DNA of 64,000 bases from an uncultured cyanobacterium (GTDB lineage Bacteria; Cyanobacteriota; Cyanobacteriia; Cyanobacteriales; Nostocaceae): contig CAVUDP010000002.1 of the NCBI GenBank assembly GCA_963740315.1, positions 3,328,001 to 3,392,000 of the forward strand, given 5' to 3'. Each line of letters opens with the position of its first letter. The stretch's first letter is position 1. A program made the translations under genes and the position numbers. Positions 29,413 through 38,696 of this stretch are shown here, piece by piece. The notes beneath the pieces were generated by a model. The model did not search any database and was not told where the DNA came from. It was given only the letters and a program-made list of their open reading frames with translations.

Positions 29413-31629
29413 TTAAGGTAAGTCAACAAGATACAAAGAATTCTTTTTGGAACTGATTAAATTCGAGATATTGGTACTTTTCTCTGAAGCAATTTGCATC
29501 AACATTTTTTGCGAACCGGCTTCTGGCGAGTCTTCGCTCGGCTTTCTCTGGATGTAACTACCATCTGACTGTAGTTCCCAAGCTTGACGGTTATCAGCGA
29601 GCATAATCCCTAAGATTTCTTGTATGTCTTTAGCAATATCTAAATCTTCTATCGGGGTTATAACTTCTACCCTTCGGTCTAAATTTCGGGGCATCCAGTC
29701 AGCACTACCAATAAAAATCTGTTCATCACCATTATTGTAAAAGTAAAAAATACGGGAATGTTCTAAAAAGCGACCCACAATACTAATTACGCGAATATTT
29801 TCGCTTACGTCTTTAAGTCCCGGACGCAAACAGCAGATTCCCCGCACGATCAAGTCAATTTGTACTCCCGCATGAGAAGCTTCATACAAAGCAGCAATGA
29901 TTTGAGGGTCTACCAAAGAGTTCATTTTCGCTACAATCCTTCCCGAAGATCCATTTTGAACGTTTTCGATTTCCTGATGAATCAGCATTAGAAAACGTTC
30001 TCGGATATTGACTGGTGCTACTAATAATTTTCGATAAGCTTTTTGCCGAGAATAACCAGTCAAGAAATTAAATACATCAGTGACATCAGCCCCCAGTTCT
30101 TCCCGACAACTGAATAAGCCGACATCAGTATAAATTCTTGCTGTCTTCGGATTATAGTTCCCGGTGCCAATATGTACGTAACGACGGATGCGCTCTTGTT
30201 CCTGACGCACAACCATAACAATTTTACTGTGAGTTTTTAGACCTACAAGTCCGTAAACTACATGAACGCCCATACTTTCTAAACGTCTAGCCCAGTAAAT
30301 ATTGTTCTCTTCATCAAAACGTGCCTTAAGTTCCACAAGCACGGACACTTGCTTGCCATTTTCAGCAGCATTTATCAAAGCATTTACAATTGGCGAATCC
30401 CCAGAAGTCCGGTAAAGCGTCATTTTGATTGCCAATACGTCCGGATCGTGAGCAGAATTAGTAATAAAACGTACTACCGAAGCACTAAAGGATTCATAAG
30501 GGTGATGTACAAACAAATCCCCTTCGCGAATTATGGTGAAAAAATCTTTTCCTTCTTCTATAGGCTGCATATTCGGATTAAAAGTTGACTCCTTTATCCG
30601 TTGCAGGCTAGAAGGTACTACAGGCTTCCAAGGTGGATCTTTTAATTCTGGGGCTGGTAGTGACAAAAAGTACATTAAGTCTTTTAATCCTAAAAGACCG
30701 TTTATTTCATAGACATCATTTTCCGATAAATCTAAAACTTCTAACAGCTTGTTTCTAACTGCATCTGGTGTTTGAGATTGCAACTCTATTCTTACCGGAT
30801 TACCTCCAGCGCGTCGTTTTCGCAATTCCTGTTCGATCGCTAATAACAAATCGTCCGCTTCATCTTCTTCCAAAGCCAAATCGGCATCGCGAGTAATCCG
30901 GAACGTGTAATATTCCTGGATATTCATTCCTGGGAACAAAGACTCCAAATTGTGAGCGATCGCCTGCTCGATAGGTACGCCAGTCCAAATGGAAGGTTTG
31001 CCATTTTTTTCAATACCCAACTCTGGGGGTAAAGGCAAAAAGCGCGGTAGCACTTTAGGAACTTTGATTCTGGCGAAATGTTCTTCTTCCGTTTCGGGGT
31101 TTCTGACAACAACCGCCAAATTCAAGCTGAGATTAGAAATGTAGGGAAAGGGATGACTTGGATCTACAGCAAGGGGGGTAATAACGGGAAAAACTTGTTC
31201 CTCAAAGTAATTGTCTAAATATTTGCGCTGTTTCTCAGTTAAATCGATGTAATCGAGAATATGAATACCATGAGATTTTAATTCTGGTTGCAGTTTCTTT
31301 TCAAAATGTTGGTGCTGCTGAACTACTACCGGACGCAACATAAAGCTAATTTCTTCTAATTGCTGTTGCGGCGTGCGACTATCAAAACTTTTGCTACTAA
31401 CTTTAGCTTCTACCTGTTGCCTTAACCCTGCAACTCGCACCATGAAGAATTCATCAAGATTAGTGCAGAAAATTGCCAAAAATTTGAGACGTTCGAGCAA
31501 AGGTGTTCGGGCATCCATTGCTTCATGCAATACCCGATTATTAAATTCCAGCCAGCTTAACTCTCGGTTGAGATAGTATTTTGGGTCTGATAACTTGTTC
31601 GGATTGGCAGTTTTCTTCGATTTCGCCAT
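29413..31629 (-). CDS. ppk1: polyphosphate kinase 1
   Basis: NRELSWLEFNNRVL, NLDEFFMVRVAGL, HPFPYISNLSLN, HHPYESF, ELKARFDEENN, GTGNYN, GSADWMPRNLDRRVE. Confidence 0.98.
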   Translation of the reverse strand: MAKSKKTANPNKLSDPKYYLNRELSWLEFNNRVLHEAMDARTPLLERLKFLAIFCTNLDEFFMVRVAGLRQQVEAKVSSKSFDSRTPQQQLEEISFMLRPVVVQQHQHFEKKLQPELKSHGIHILDYIDLTEKQRKYLDNYFEEQVFPVITPLAVDPSHPFPYISNLSLNLAVVVRNPETEEEHFARIKVPKVLPRFLPLPPELGIEKNGKPSIWTGVPIEQAIAHNLESLFPGMNIQEYYTFRITRDADLALEEDEADDLLLAIEQELRKRRAGGNPVRIELQSQTPDAVRNKLLEVLDLSENDVYEINGLLGLKDLMYFLSLPAPELKDPPWKPVVPSSLQRIKESTFNPNMQPIEEGKDFFTIIREGDLFVHHPYESFSASVVRFITNSAHDPDVLAIKMTLYRTSGDSPIVNALINAAENGKQVSVLVELKARFDEENNIYWARRLESMGVHVVYGLVGLKTHSKIVMVVRQEQERIRRYVHIGTGNYNPKTARIYTDVGLFSCREELGADVTDVFNFLTGYSRQKAYRKLLVAPVNIRERFLMLIHQEIENVQNGSSGRIVAKMNSLVDPQIIAALYEASHAGVQIDLIVRGICCLRPGLKDVSENIRVISIVGRFLEHSRIFYFYNNGDEQIFIGSADWMPRNLDRRVEVITPIEDLDIAKDIQEILGIMLADNRQAWELQSDGSYIQRKPSEDSPEAGSQKMLMQIASEKSTNISNLISSKKNSLYLVDLP

Positions 31630-31755
31630 GATGACCTTGGTGGGCTGGTGCGACAGATATAATATTAAGCTTGACTATAAATATAGTAGATTAAATGTAG
31701 CCTCCGATTCTATCTGAAGAATAATTATCAGTTAACACTGCTCACTGATAACTGC

Positions 31756-34700
31756 TTACTGTTTCTTCTCTTTCGCTGCTGCGGAAACTGGTAGCTGTAG
31801 ATTTTGGTTATAAACGAACTTATTATTGATTACTATCTGTCGTTTGGGAAGAGTATTATTGGAATTTAGCTCATCTTGAGGAGAAACCCGCAAAGTATAT
31901 TTACCAACGGGAACACCATCAAGACGATATAAACCAAATTGGTCGGTTGTTCCAGATAATACTCGTGCGCCAGTGCTGGTGACTAATTCTATACTTACTT
32001 CTTTTAGAGGTTGACCGGATGCATCTGTAACTTTTCCTGCAACCCCATATTCCGTTCTCACGGGGAAATCTACACGAGTTACACCAGAAGGAGCAACTTC
32101 AGCTACTAAACTGGTTTTGGATACTGCAAGTTCGATGGGTAATTCTTCGGGTTCGAGTTCAATAACGTAAACACCTTCTGGTAAATTACCGACAAAGAAA
32201 TTACCCTTAGAATCGGTTTTAGCAGAACCTACACTCTTATTACGAGTATCGTAAATGCGGACAATAGAATTGCTTAAATCGAAGCCTTGTCTTCCTCCTT
32301 CCACTGCTAGTTGACCGGAAATTGCTCCACGTTCCTTGCTGATACCACTGTATCTTGCGGGAGTGAATTTACCACCAGCGACAGACATATCGGAAGTTAA
32401 AGATAAACTCAAACGACCATCATCAAATGCGTTGAAACTACCTCCTCTAGAAGGTATAGCTTGATAATTGAGTCTGGCAAATAAACCCGGTAGTACCCGC
32501 ATACTTGCACCTGCGGTCGGACCTACTTCTCCATCACTCAAAGCCAATCCTACATTCCAACTTAATTTGCTCAGACTCGAAGCATTATGACCGATACCTA
32601 CCGAATAACGAGGATCTGCATCCCCACCAAATTCAGAACCGAAGTTTAATTGATAATTACGGTTAAGGTTATATCTTAAATCTGAAATATACGCATCACC
32701 ATAAGTATTAAAAGATAATCTTGTGGAACGATTTGGTGTAAAGAAAGCATTAAATAAATAATCGCCAAAAATATCAGGTCTACCACTTAGAGATAGGTTA
32801 GAAAACGGACGTGCATAAAAAGTAGGCAAAATATAATCGCTAGAATCGCTATCATCTTTACGACTGCGAGCAATAAATCCTAAATTTAATTTATTACCGA
32901 AGCGATATTTCATTTCTAAGCTGTGGTTATACCGTTCTCCATTTGATTCTTCGCCTGTTCTATACTTTTGTGGAAGTGACTGAGAATTAGCATTTATTTC
33001 TAATTTATCAAAGTCCACGTCTAAGTTAGCAGCGTAACCAACTTTATCAAAAGAATTTCCCACACTTGCGGATAAAATAACAGGATTCGCTAAACGCCAA
33101 ACTAAACCTGCTTGTGATTGGAAAGAATTAGGAATTGCTTGTAGAGAACCTTCAAAGGTTAAATTATCGGAAAGTCCTTGACGTAGTTGATAAAAACCAA
33201 CCAATGTACCTTCATCTGTAGAGTTAAAATCGCTGAATAAACTATCTTGAACTAAGTTTCCACTAAAACCCAATCCACCTAACTGTACATTACCTCCTCC
33301 TGGTAATAGTAAATCGGAAGCATTAATTCTAACGGTACGAATATCAATCGGAGCGCGTAAATTGTTACGATCAAAAACTAAAACTTCAACTTGATTACTT
33401 TGCCCAACAGGTAATCTGATATCAAGAAATTCATATATCCCATCGAATCCTACCTGTTGTTCTGCAACTCTAACTCCACCAACTCTTAACTGAACAACGC
33501 TGGTTGGTGGAACTCTACCGCTAAATGTTTGTACGGAACGAGAGCGTCTGGGTAAAAGTTCGTTAGCGCTGTATGTTGGATTAAAATATTCTTTTGGTAA
33601 ATTACTATAACCAAATTGTAAACCTGTAAGATCGAGTCCATTTACAAGAGGATGCAAACCAATTCTTTGACGACCTAATTGATAGCGAAATTGTCCGCTA
33701 CGTTGATAGAAAAAGTATTCAGTTAAATTTGGCTGGTTACGAAAGTTATTATTCATTCGCAAACGCCAAGTACCACCCGCAAGTCTTCCACCTAAAAGTG
33801 AGTTACTCTGTAAAGTTGTATCTCTAGGAGTGTTAACGATATCTAACTGTTGTCTTAACCTGGAAAGTCCGCTACTAGGTGCAAAAAATTCCGGTTGTAG
33901 TTGAGCGTTATTTCGGGGTTGTCTGCTACCACCACGCCAGGGTAAGTCAGCAAGTAAGGTTAAATCGGCTGTGTTTAACTCTAAACTTATATCCAGTTTT
34001 TTCTGAAGTATTTCTTTACTAACGTAAGTTAGACCGTTGATTTGCTTTAATACATCTGGTGAAAATTTAACTATACCTAAAGGTGTTTTAGTTTCAATCC
34101 CACTATTAGCTTTATTAACAGTAAATCCGCCAACTTCCGCAAAAGTTTCTAAAGGAATTAAAAGAGTATTATTTTCTTCAATAATATCTAAAGTTCCAAC
34201 TTCCCGACCGTTAATTACAACGCCAACCAGAAAAGGTTCGCCGGGTATTTGTGCTAATCTAAGAGATTTTTGATCGCGAAGCTTACTTATTAAAGAATTT
34301 CGTAGAGAATTTTTCTTAGAGTTGTTGAGTGCAGTTGCTAATTTTTGGTTATTATTCGGTTTTTGATTGTTATTTGATTTCTTGTCTTCTTCAGGATTAG
34401 AAAGAGCTATTTCCCCAGGCTTTTGAATATCGGTGTTAACAGAATCGTTAATAGTTTTATTTAAAGAAGTAGATATAGAAGCGCTAATTAATTGCTGAAC
34501 AACAGCCAGAATTTTTGCTGTATTCACATTTGTATTGCTAGCAACTTCTTGATTGTTAGCATTACTAGTGTTTTCTTCTAGATTTTGACTATTGCTAGCT
34601 TCTCCGGAACTAGAATTAGAAGCTGTTTCTACAGTATCGCCGATGGTATTGTTGATTGAAGCGTATAGAGAAACGTTGATTAACTGCTGTACTGTCGCCA

Positions 34701-35127
34701 GAATTTTACCTATAGCATTCTTTTCAACAGACTTGCTTTCACTCTCAGATTGCTCATTAGTAGAGGCTTTTTCGAGAGGAGTAGGAGAGATTTTACTTTT
34801 AACTGCTGCTTGCTTGTTAGCACTCGAACTTTTAGTAACTGATGAATTCTGTTTTACCGATGTAGTCACAGGTGCAACAGTTGCAAAACCTTTAGCTGGC
34901 TTGTTATTTTGTGTATCAGTTTGAATAATTTCAGACTGTTTATTTTCAGTTGTACAAGGTTTTGTTGAAACAGAATTAGCCAGTATTTTCGTTAGTAAGT
35001 TATTTACAAGGTCAGATTTTTGCGATTTAACTTGTAGCGATTCACAACCATTATCTTGAGTTGCAGCTTGCGGAGTCAATATACTGACTAGAGGTGGGGG
35101 TGTTGGTGGTAAAGCTAGGTAGAGCAT
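31756..35127 (-). CDS. usher-like outer-membrane protein with C-terminal carboxypeptidase-regulatory-like (Cna-B) domains
   Basis: Beta-strand-rich middle with usher-like motifs (LTGLQFGY, FSGRVPPTSVVQLRVGG, GIYEFLDIRL, LRQGLSDNLTFEG); two GxVxD...TDxxGxY/F...PxGxY modules; downstream of a PapD-like gene; start uncertain (35127 or 35175). Confidence 0.7.
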   Translation of the reverse strand: MLYLALPPTPPPLVSILTPQAATQDNGCESLQVKSQKSDLVNNLLTKILANSVSTKPCTTENKQSEIIQTDTQNNKPAKGFATVAPVTTSVKQNSSVTKSSSANKQAAVKSKISPTPLEKASTNEQSESESKSVEKNAIGKILATVQQLINVSLYASINNTIGDTVETASNSSSGEASNSQNLEENTSNANNQEVASNTNVNTAKILAVVQQLISASISTSLNKTINDSVNTDIQKPGEIALSNPEEDKKSNNNQKPNNNQKLATALNNSKKNSLRNSLISKLRDQKSLRLAQIPGEPFLVGVVINGREVGTLDIIEENNTLLIPLETFAEVGGFTVNKANSGIETKTPLGIVKFSPDVLKQINGLTYVSKEILQKKLDISLELNTADLTLLADLPWRGGSRQPRNNAQLQPEFFAPSSGLSRLRQQLDIVNTPRDTTLQSNSLLGGRLAGGTWRLRMNNNFRNQPNLTEYFFYQRSGQFRYQLGRQRIGLHPLVNGLDLTGLQFGYSNLPKEYFNPTYSANELLPRRSRSVQTFSGRVPPTSVVQLRVGGVRVAEQQVGFDGIYEFLDIRLPVGQSNQVEVLVFDRNNLRAPIDIRTVRINASDLLLPGGGNVQLGGLGFSGNLVQDSLFSDFNSTDEGTLVGFYQLRQGLSDNLTFEGSLQAIPNSFQSQAGLVWRLANPVILSASVGNSFDKVGYAANLDVDFDKLEINANSQSLPQKYRTGEESNGERYNHSLEMKYRFGNKLNLGFIARSRKDDSDSSDYILPTFYARPFSNLSLSGRPDIFGDYLFNAFFTPNRSTRLSFNTYGDAYISDLRYNLNRNYQLNFGSEFGGDADPRYSVGIGHNASSLSKLSWNVGLALSDGEVGPTAGASMRVLPGLFARLNYQAIPSRGGSFNAFDDGRLSLSLTSDMSVAGGKFTPARYSGISKERGAISGQLAVEGGRQGFDLSNSIVRIYDTRNKSVGSAKTDSKGNFFVGNLPEGVYVIELEPEELPIELAVSKTSLVAEVAPSGVTRVDFPVRTEYGVAGKVTDASGQPLKEVSIELVTSTGARVLSGTTDQFGLYRLDGVPVGKYTLRVSPQDELNSNNTLPKRQIVINNKFVYNQNLQLPVSAAAKEKKQ

Positions 35128-35308
35128 ACTTGGCACAAAGTTATTAATATTTAGCCTGATACAGGCTGTGAGCAATGAATTGTAGTATTAGTTATATGAA
35201 AAAGCAGATAGATGCAGCTAATAAATAATTAAAAAATTAGTAAATTAATTCAGGGAAGTTGAGAAATTAACTCACCCTGAAAATAGAATAAGTCACTTTA
35301 GAGAATGA

Positions 35309-36214
35309 CTATTTATTTAAAGAAGTCACAGGTAATTTTGCCGGTTTGGGAGTATTCGCTGTAGCTTTAACAGTGAAAGGAATACCTTTGTCGATTGGTG
35401 TTCCACTTAAGTCGGCATTAATATCTAAAACGTAGTTGCCGGGAGGTAAATTTCCAGCTTTTTCAGTTAAATTTTGTAATAACTGACGATTTGTATTTGG
35501 TAAAACGGGTGGTAACTTTAGATTTCCAACTCGGACAACATTTTCAGGTATTTTGTTGGAATTTCCGTTATTTTTTATAAACTGTGTTTCTTTCGCTCCT
35601 GGATATTTAGCAGCATTCCAGATAGCATACTGTCCCGTCATTCGTACATGAGCGTTACCTTTGTTGGAAACATCAAATACTGCATTAATTTCATTGGGTT
35701 TAGTATCAACACTCACAGAATTAACGTTGCCTACTCGCTTTATCTTTCCTGCATAAGCATAGACAACAACACCAATAGCTGCTTTAGTTCCAACTGCATT
35801 TGAATTATTATTAGAAGCAATCTCTTCAAAATATATTACAGCACGATGTTCGCCAGAAGCAGGTTTTATTTTAGGACGAATTGCAAAGCGAAGGGTTTGA
35901 GTTTTTTTTGCTGGGATTGTAAATTTAGAAGGAGTAAAAAGAATCCATTGATCTAAAGATGTCTCGGTGGATGGTATCTCTCTCAACTTATTTTTTTCAT
36001 CCATCGTCCAGTTTTTTACATAAGCCCTCATTTGTACTGGTTTATCAGCATAATTAGTGACTTTAATGCTATTAGAGCGTCCTTTTCTAGAATTAATATC
36101 TAACTCCATACGAGGAGGACTAATACTTACTTCTATTGCTGTCACACTTGATATTTCCCAAGCTATCAAGCCGATTAAACTTAACGCGATCGCTTTTGCT
36201 GTTCTTTGAAACAT
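35309..36214 (-). CDS. PapD-like periplasmic pilus-assembly chaperone
   Basis: Signal peptide, then ISPPRMEL, IKVTN, WILFTPSKFTIPAKKTQTLRFAIR, GEHRAVIYFEE, VSNKGNAHVR, VLPNTNR (two Ig-like domains). Confidence 0.82.
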   Translation of the reverse strand: MFQRTAKAIALSLIGLIAWEISSVTAIEVSISPPRMELDINSRKGRSNSIKVTNYADKPVQMRAYVKNWTMDEKNKLREIPSTETSLDQWILFTPSKFTIPAKKTQTLRFAIRPKIKPASGEHRAVIYFEEIASNNNSNAVGTKAAIGVVVYAYAGKIKRVGNVNSVSVDTKPNEINAVFDVSNKGNAHVRMTGQYAIWNAAKYPGAKETQFIKNNGNSNKIPENVVRVGNLKLPPVLPNTNRQLLQNLTEKAGNLPPGNYVLDINADLSGTPIDKGIPFTVKATANTPKPAKLPVTSLNK

Positions 36215-36281
36215 TACAAATTTCACTTGCTCACACAACAAATATCAAATTAAAAAAGAAAACAAATCAAAAAATGAAGTT

Positions 36282-36827
36282 TTAGCCGCACTGATTACCA
36301 TTTACTGGTACGCAAACATGAATTCGTCCTCGATATTTATCTGGTACTAAGCTTGATAATTCTCTAAATTCCAAGGTAACTCCACCTGAAATTACAGTAG
36401 TTTGATCGGTGCATTTTTCGATTGTCTCAATAGTACTAAAAGGTTTCGCCTCAAACTTATTTTGCTTGAAAGGATTATTTTCCTCACTGTTAGGTTGTAA
36501 TGTGTATTTAACATCATTAGCATTGATAGGCAAATCTAAATCATTAACCCTGATTTGCCAATATCTTGCGACATTTTTAGTAGCAGTAGATTTATAAGGA
36601 GAATTAGTTGGTAATGATTGTTCTCGATTGTTACCAATTTGTTCTACAAAATCACTATCATCTATCATGTCAGCGGCCGTTAATGTTTGAGCTTCTGCTA
36701 CATTAGATAGCTCATAAAGCTTTGCTTCACACCCAATTGAAGATTGTGCAAATACTTTTGGCTGTGGTGTTAATGAAAGCACTACAAGAATGCTGAAGTA
36801 GGATTTAATGATATTTCGGCAGTTCAT
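36282..36827 (-). CDS. secreted protein, putative minor pilin or tip subunit
   Basis: Signal peptide (..KVFA/QSS), four Cys in the mature region, C-terminal PDKYRGRIHVCV strand. Confidence 0.55.
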   Translation of the reverse strand: MNCRNIIKSYFSILVVLSLTPQPKVFAQSSIGCEAKLYELSNVAEAQTLTAADMIDDSDFVEQIGNNREQSLPTNSPYKSTATKNVARYWQIRVNDLDLPINANDVKYTLQPNSEENNPFKQNKFEAKPFSTIETIEKCTDQTTVISGGVTLEFRELSSLVPDKYRGRIHVCVPVNGNQCG

Positions 36828-37066
36828 TTTTCAAGAAAAGATATATTTTGCTAAGATAATAAAATGAATATGAACTATTAGCCTTTATTTACTATATATG
36901 ACTATAGCTTTATGTCCTAAATTATAATAATTTAAAATCTAAAGGTTTCCAAATAATAGTAAGTCAAATAAATATTATAAATAATCATATAAATTAACTT
37001 GTATTTATCCAGTTATTTATAATATTTAATTGCCGAAATGATTTTTCCGATAAGAAGATGTTGGAA

Positions 37067-37082
37067 GCAGGCATTTGCCTGC
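37067..37082 (-). terminator. GC-rich stem-loop just downstream of the putative major pilin gene
   Basis: GCAGGC-ATTT-GCCTGC. Confidence 0.45.
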
Positions 37083-37108
37083 ACCATAACTATCAATAGT
37101 AAATCTTC

Positions 37109-37720
37109 TTACGGACTTGTCACTCTGATGGTAATTTCACCTCCGGTGTATGTATTGGAGGCAGAATTATTCGAGTCAGTATTAGCGGCTGTGAAGTCAA
37201 ATGTAAGTGTTGCTGAACCCTCTTGAAAATCATTGCCATTTGCGTTTTCAGTGGCTCTTAGATTTCCTTTTTGTACATCCATCGTTATTACTTGTGATGA
37301 AGTTGAAGTTGGTTCGTCATCAAATCCACCTCCTCCAACAGTTGTTGTTCCGTTCGTCAAAGTTTTTTCAGTTGCTTCAATGACAATATCACTATCGGCT
37401 ACATTGCCCCAAACTTGAAACAAAGTAGGAATTTCTTTAATAATTGTGTTTGTTGGTGTACCTCCAGGTACAACTTCTGACAAAGGATTAACACCTGTTT
37501 TCTCGTTGTAGCTTTCCGTTTGTTCTACAGAACTTCCTCCCACTAAATCTTGTCGGTTAACTACAAATCTTAGATCGCTATAGGTGCGTAGGAAGATTCT
37601 TGGAGTGACTTCTACTTCTACTGGTAAGACAGCAGATTGTGCATTAACGGGTGCAGATGCAATCATAGCGCTACCTAAAGCTGCTGCACTAGCTGCAAAA
37701 ATGCCTAGAATTTTATTCAT
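37109..37720 (-). CDS. secreted protein, putative major pilin subunit
   Basis: Signal peptide (..APVNA/QS), N-terminal alternating strand VLPVEVEVTP, C-terminal NTYTGGEITIRVTSP; T/S/G/N-rich. Confidence 0.6.
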   Translation of the reverse strand: MNKILGIFAASAAALGSAMIASAPVNAQSAVLPVEVEVTPRIFLRTYSDLRFVVNRQDLVGGSSVEQTESYNEKTGVNPLSEVVPGGTPTNTIIKEIPTLFQVWGNVADSDIVIEATEKTLTNGTTTVGGGGFDDEPTSTSSQVITMDVQKGNLRATENANGNDFQEGSATLTFDFTAANTDSNNSASNTYTGGEITIRVTSP

Positions 37721-38696
37721 CTAAATTCTCTCTGTGGTTTTAGTAAGGTAAATGTTGTTTGTTTGATAGACTCTCTTGTTCTGACTTATCCAAATCGGTT
37801 TGCTAAAGGAAAGATAAAACCTGGAGAATGAAGTTATCGGAATAAAAATACGCACACCTGGATTTATTTTTGGAGCCAATATTCCGGTACAGTATTTTCA
37901 ATAAAAGGCTTTTTAAACCATAACTTTAACTTCATACTTTAATTAAGCGGTTTGATAGATATTCCCTGGTAAGCCGGAGAGTACGGAAAAAACGAAATTT
38001 GGTTATGAAGACAATCAAATTAATTACAATATTATATTTTTTGTAGCATCACCCCCTTTAATAATTCAATGCAAATCTGTCACCATCCAGCCTCGTCTAT
38101 GTAAGTAAATTACTGTTGAAACGACAATTCATAAACGAGATGTAAGGAAATACTTTTACTCGCAGTTCGTTGTAATTGAACTACATATGAATTTGTGATT
38201 ATCGCTTAACTGATGCTGTCGCTTCTTTGATAGAAAGGGAACAAGAGTTTAGAACGTTCATTTTACTAACCGAGCCTGACAAAAGCTAACTGTATTAGTA
38301 ATGGCGTTTTTGTTAGTATATTCTTAGATATATAAAATATTTAGAATACGCTACCTGAATAGGAAAATAACAAAAAAATTGCCATAACAGGTTACAATTA
38401 CTTTTCTATAAACGCACTTTCCTAAACTCCCATATATCTTTTTAGTTTCGTTATCAATCAGCAAATTTATTGAAACTGTTCTTAATAGAACCTTCAGTTA
38501 TTTTGTTGATTGCTTCGTAACAAGTTCACATCAAGAATGTAACCTCTACTCCGGAAAGACACCTTCAGTATTAATATTGAATTTCAGGATAAAATGGTAA
38601 AAAAAATATCAGTGTTGCTACTGAAGGTGAAAGAGTTAGGAGTTAGGAGTTAAGAGTTATAAGTTATTTAACCTTTGACCTTTAACCTGATAGATT

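Noticed and set aside
38550..38555. TCCGGA (DIF1-like heterocyst promoter motif), also at 22775
   Set aside because: A 6-mer without TSS data cannot be distinguished from chance
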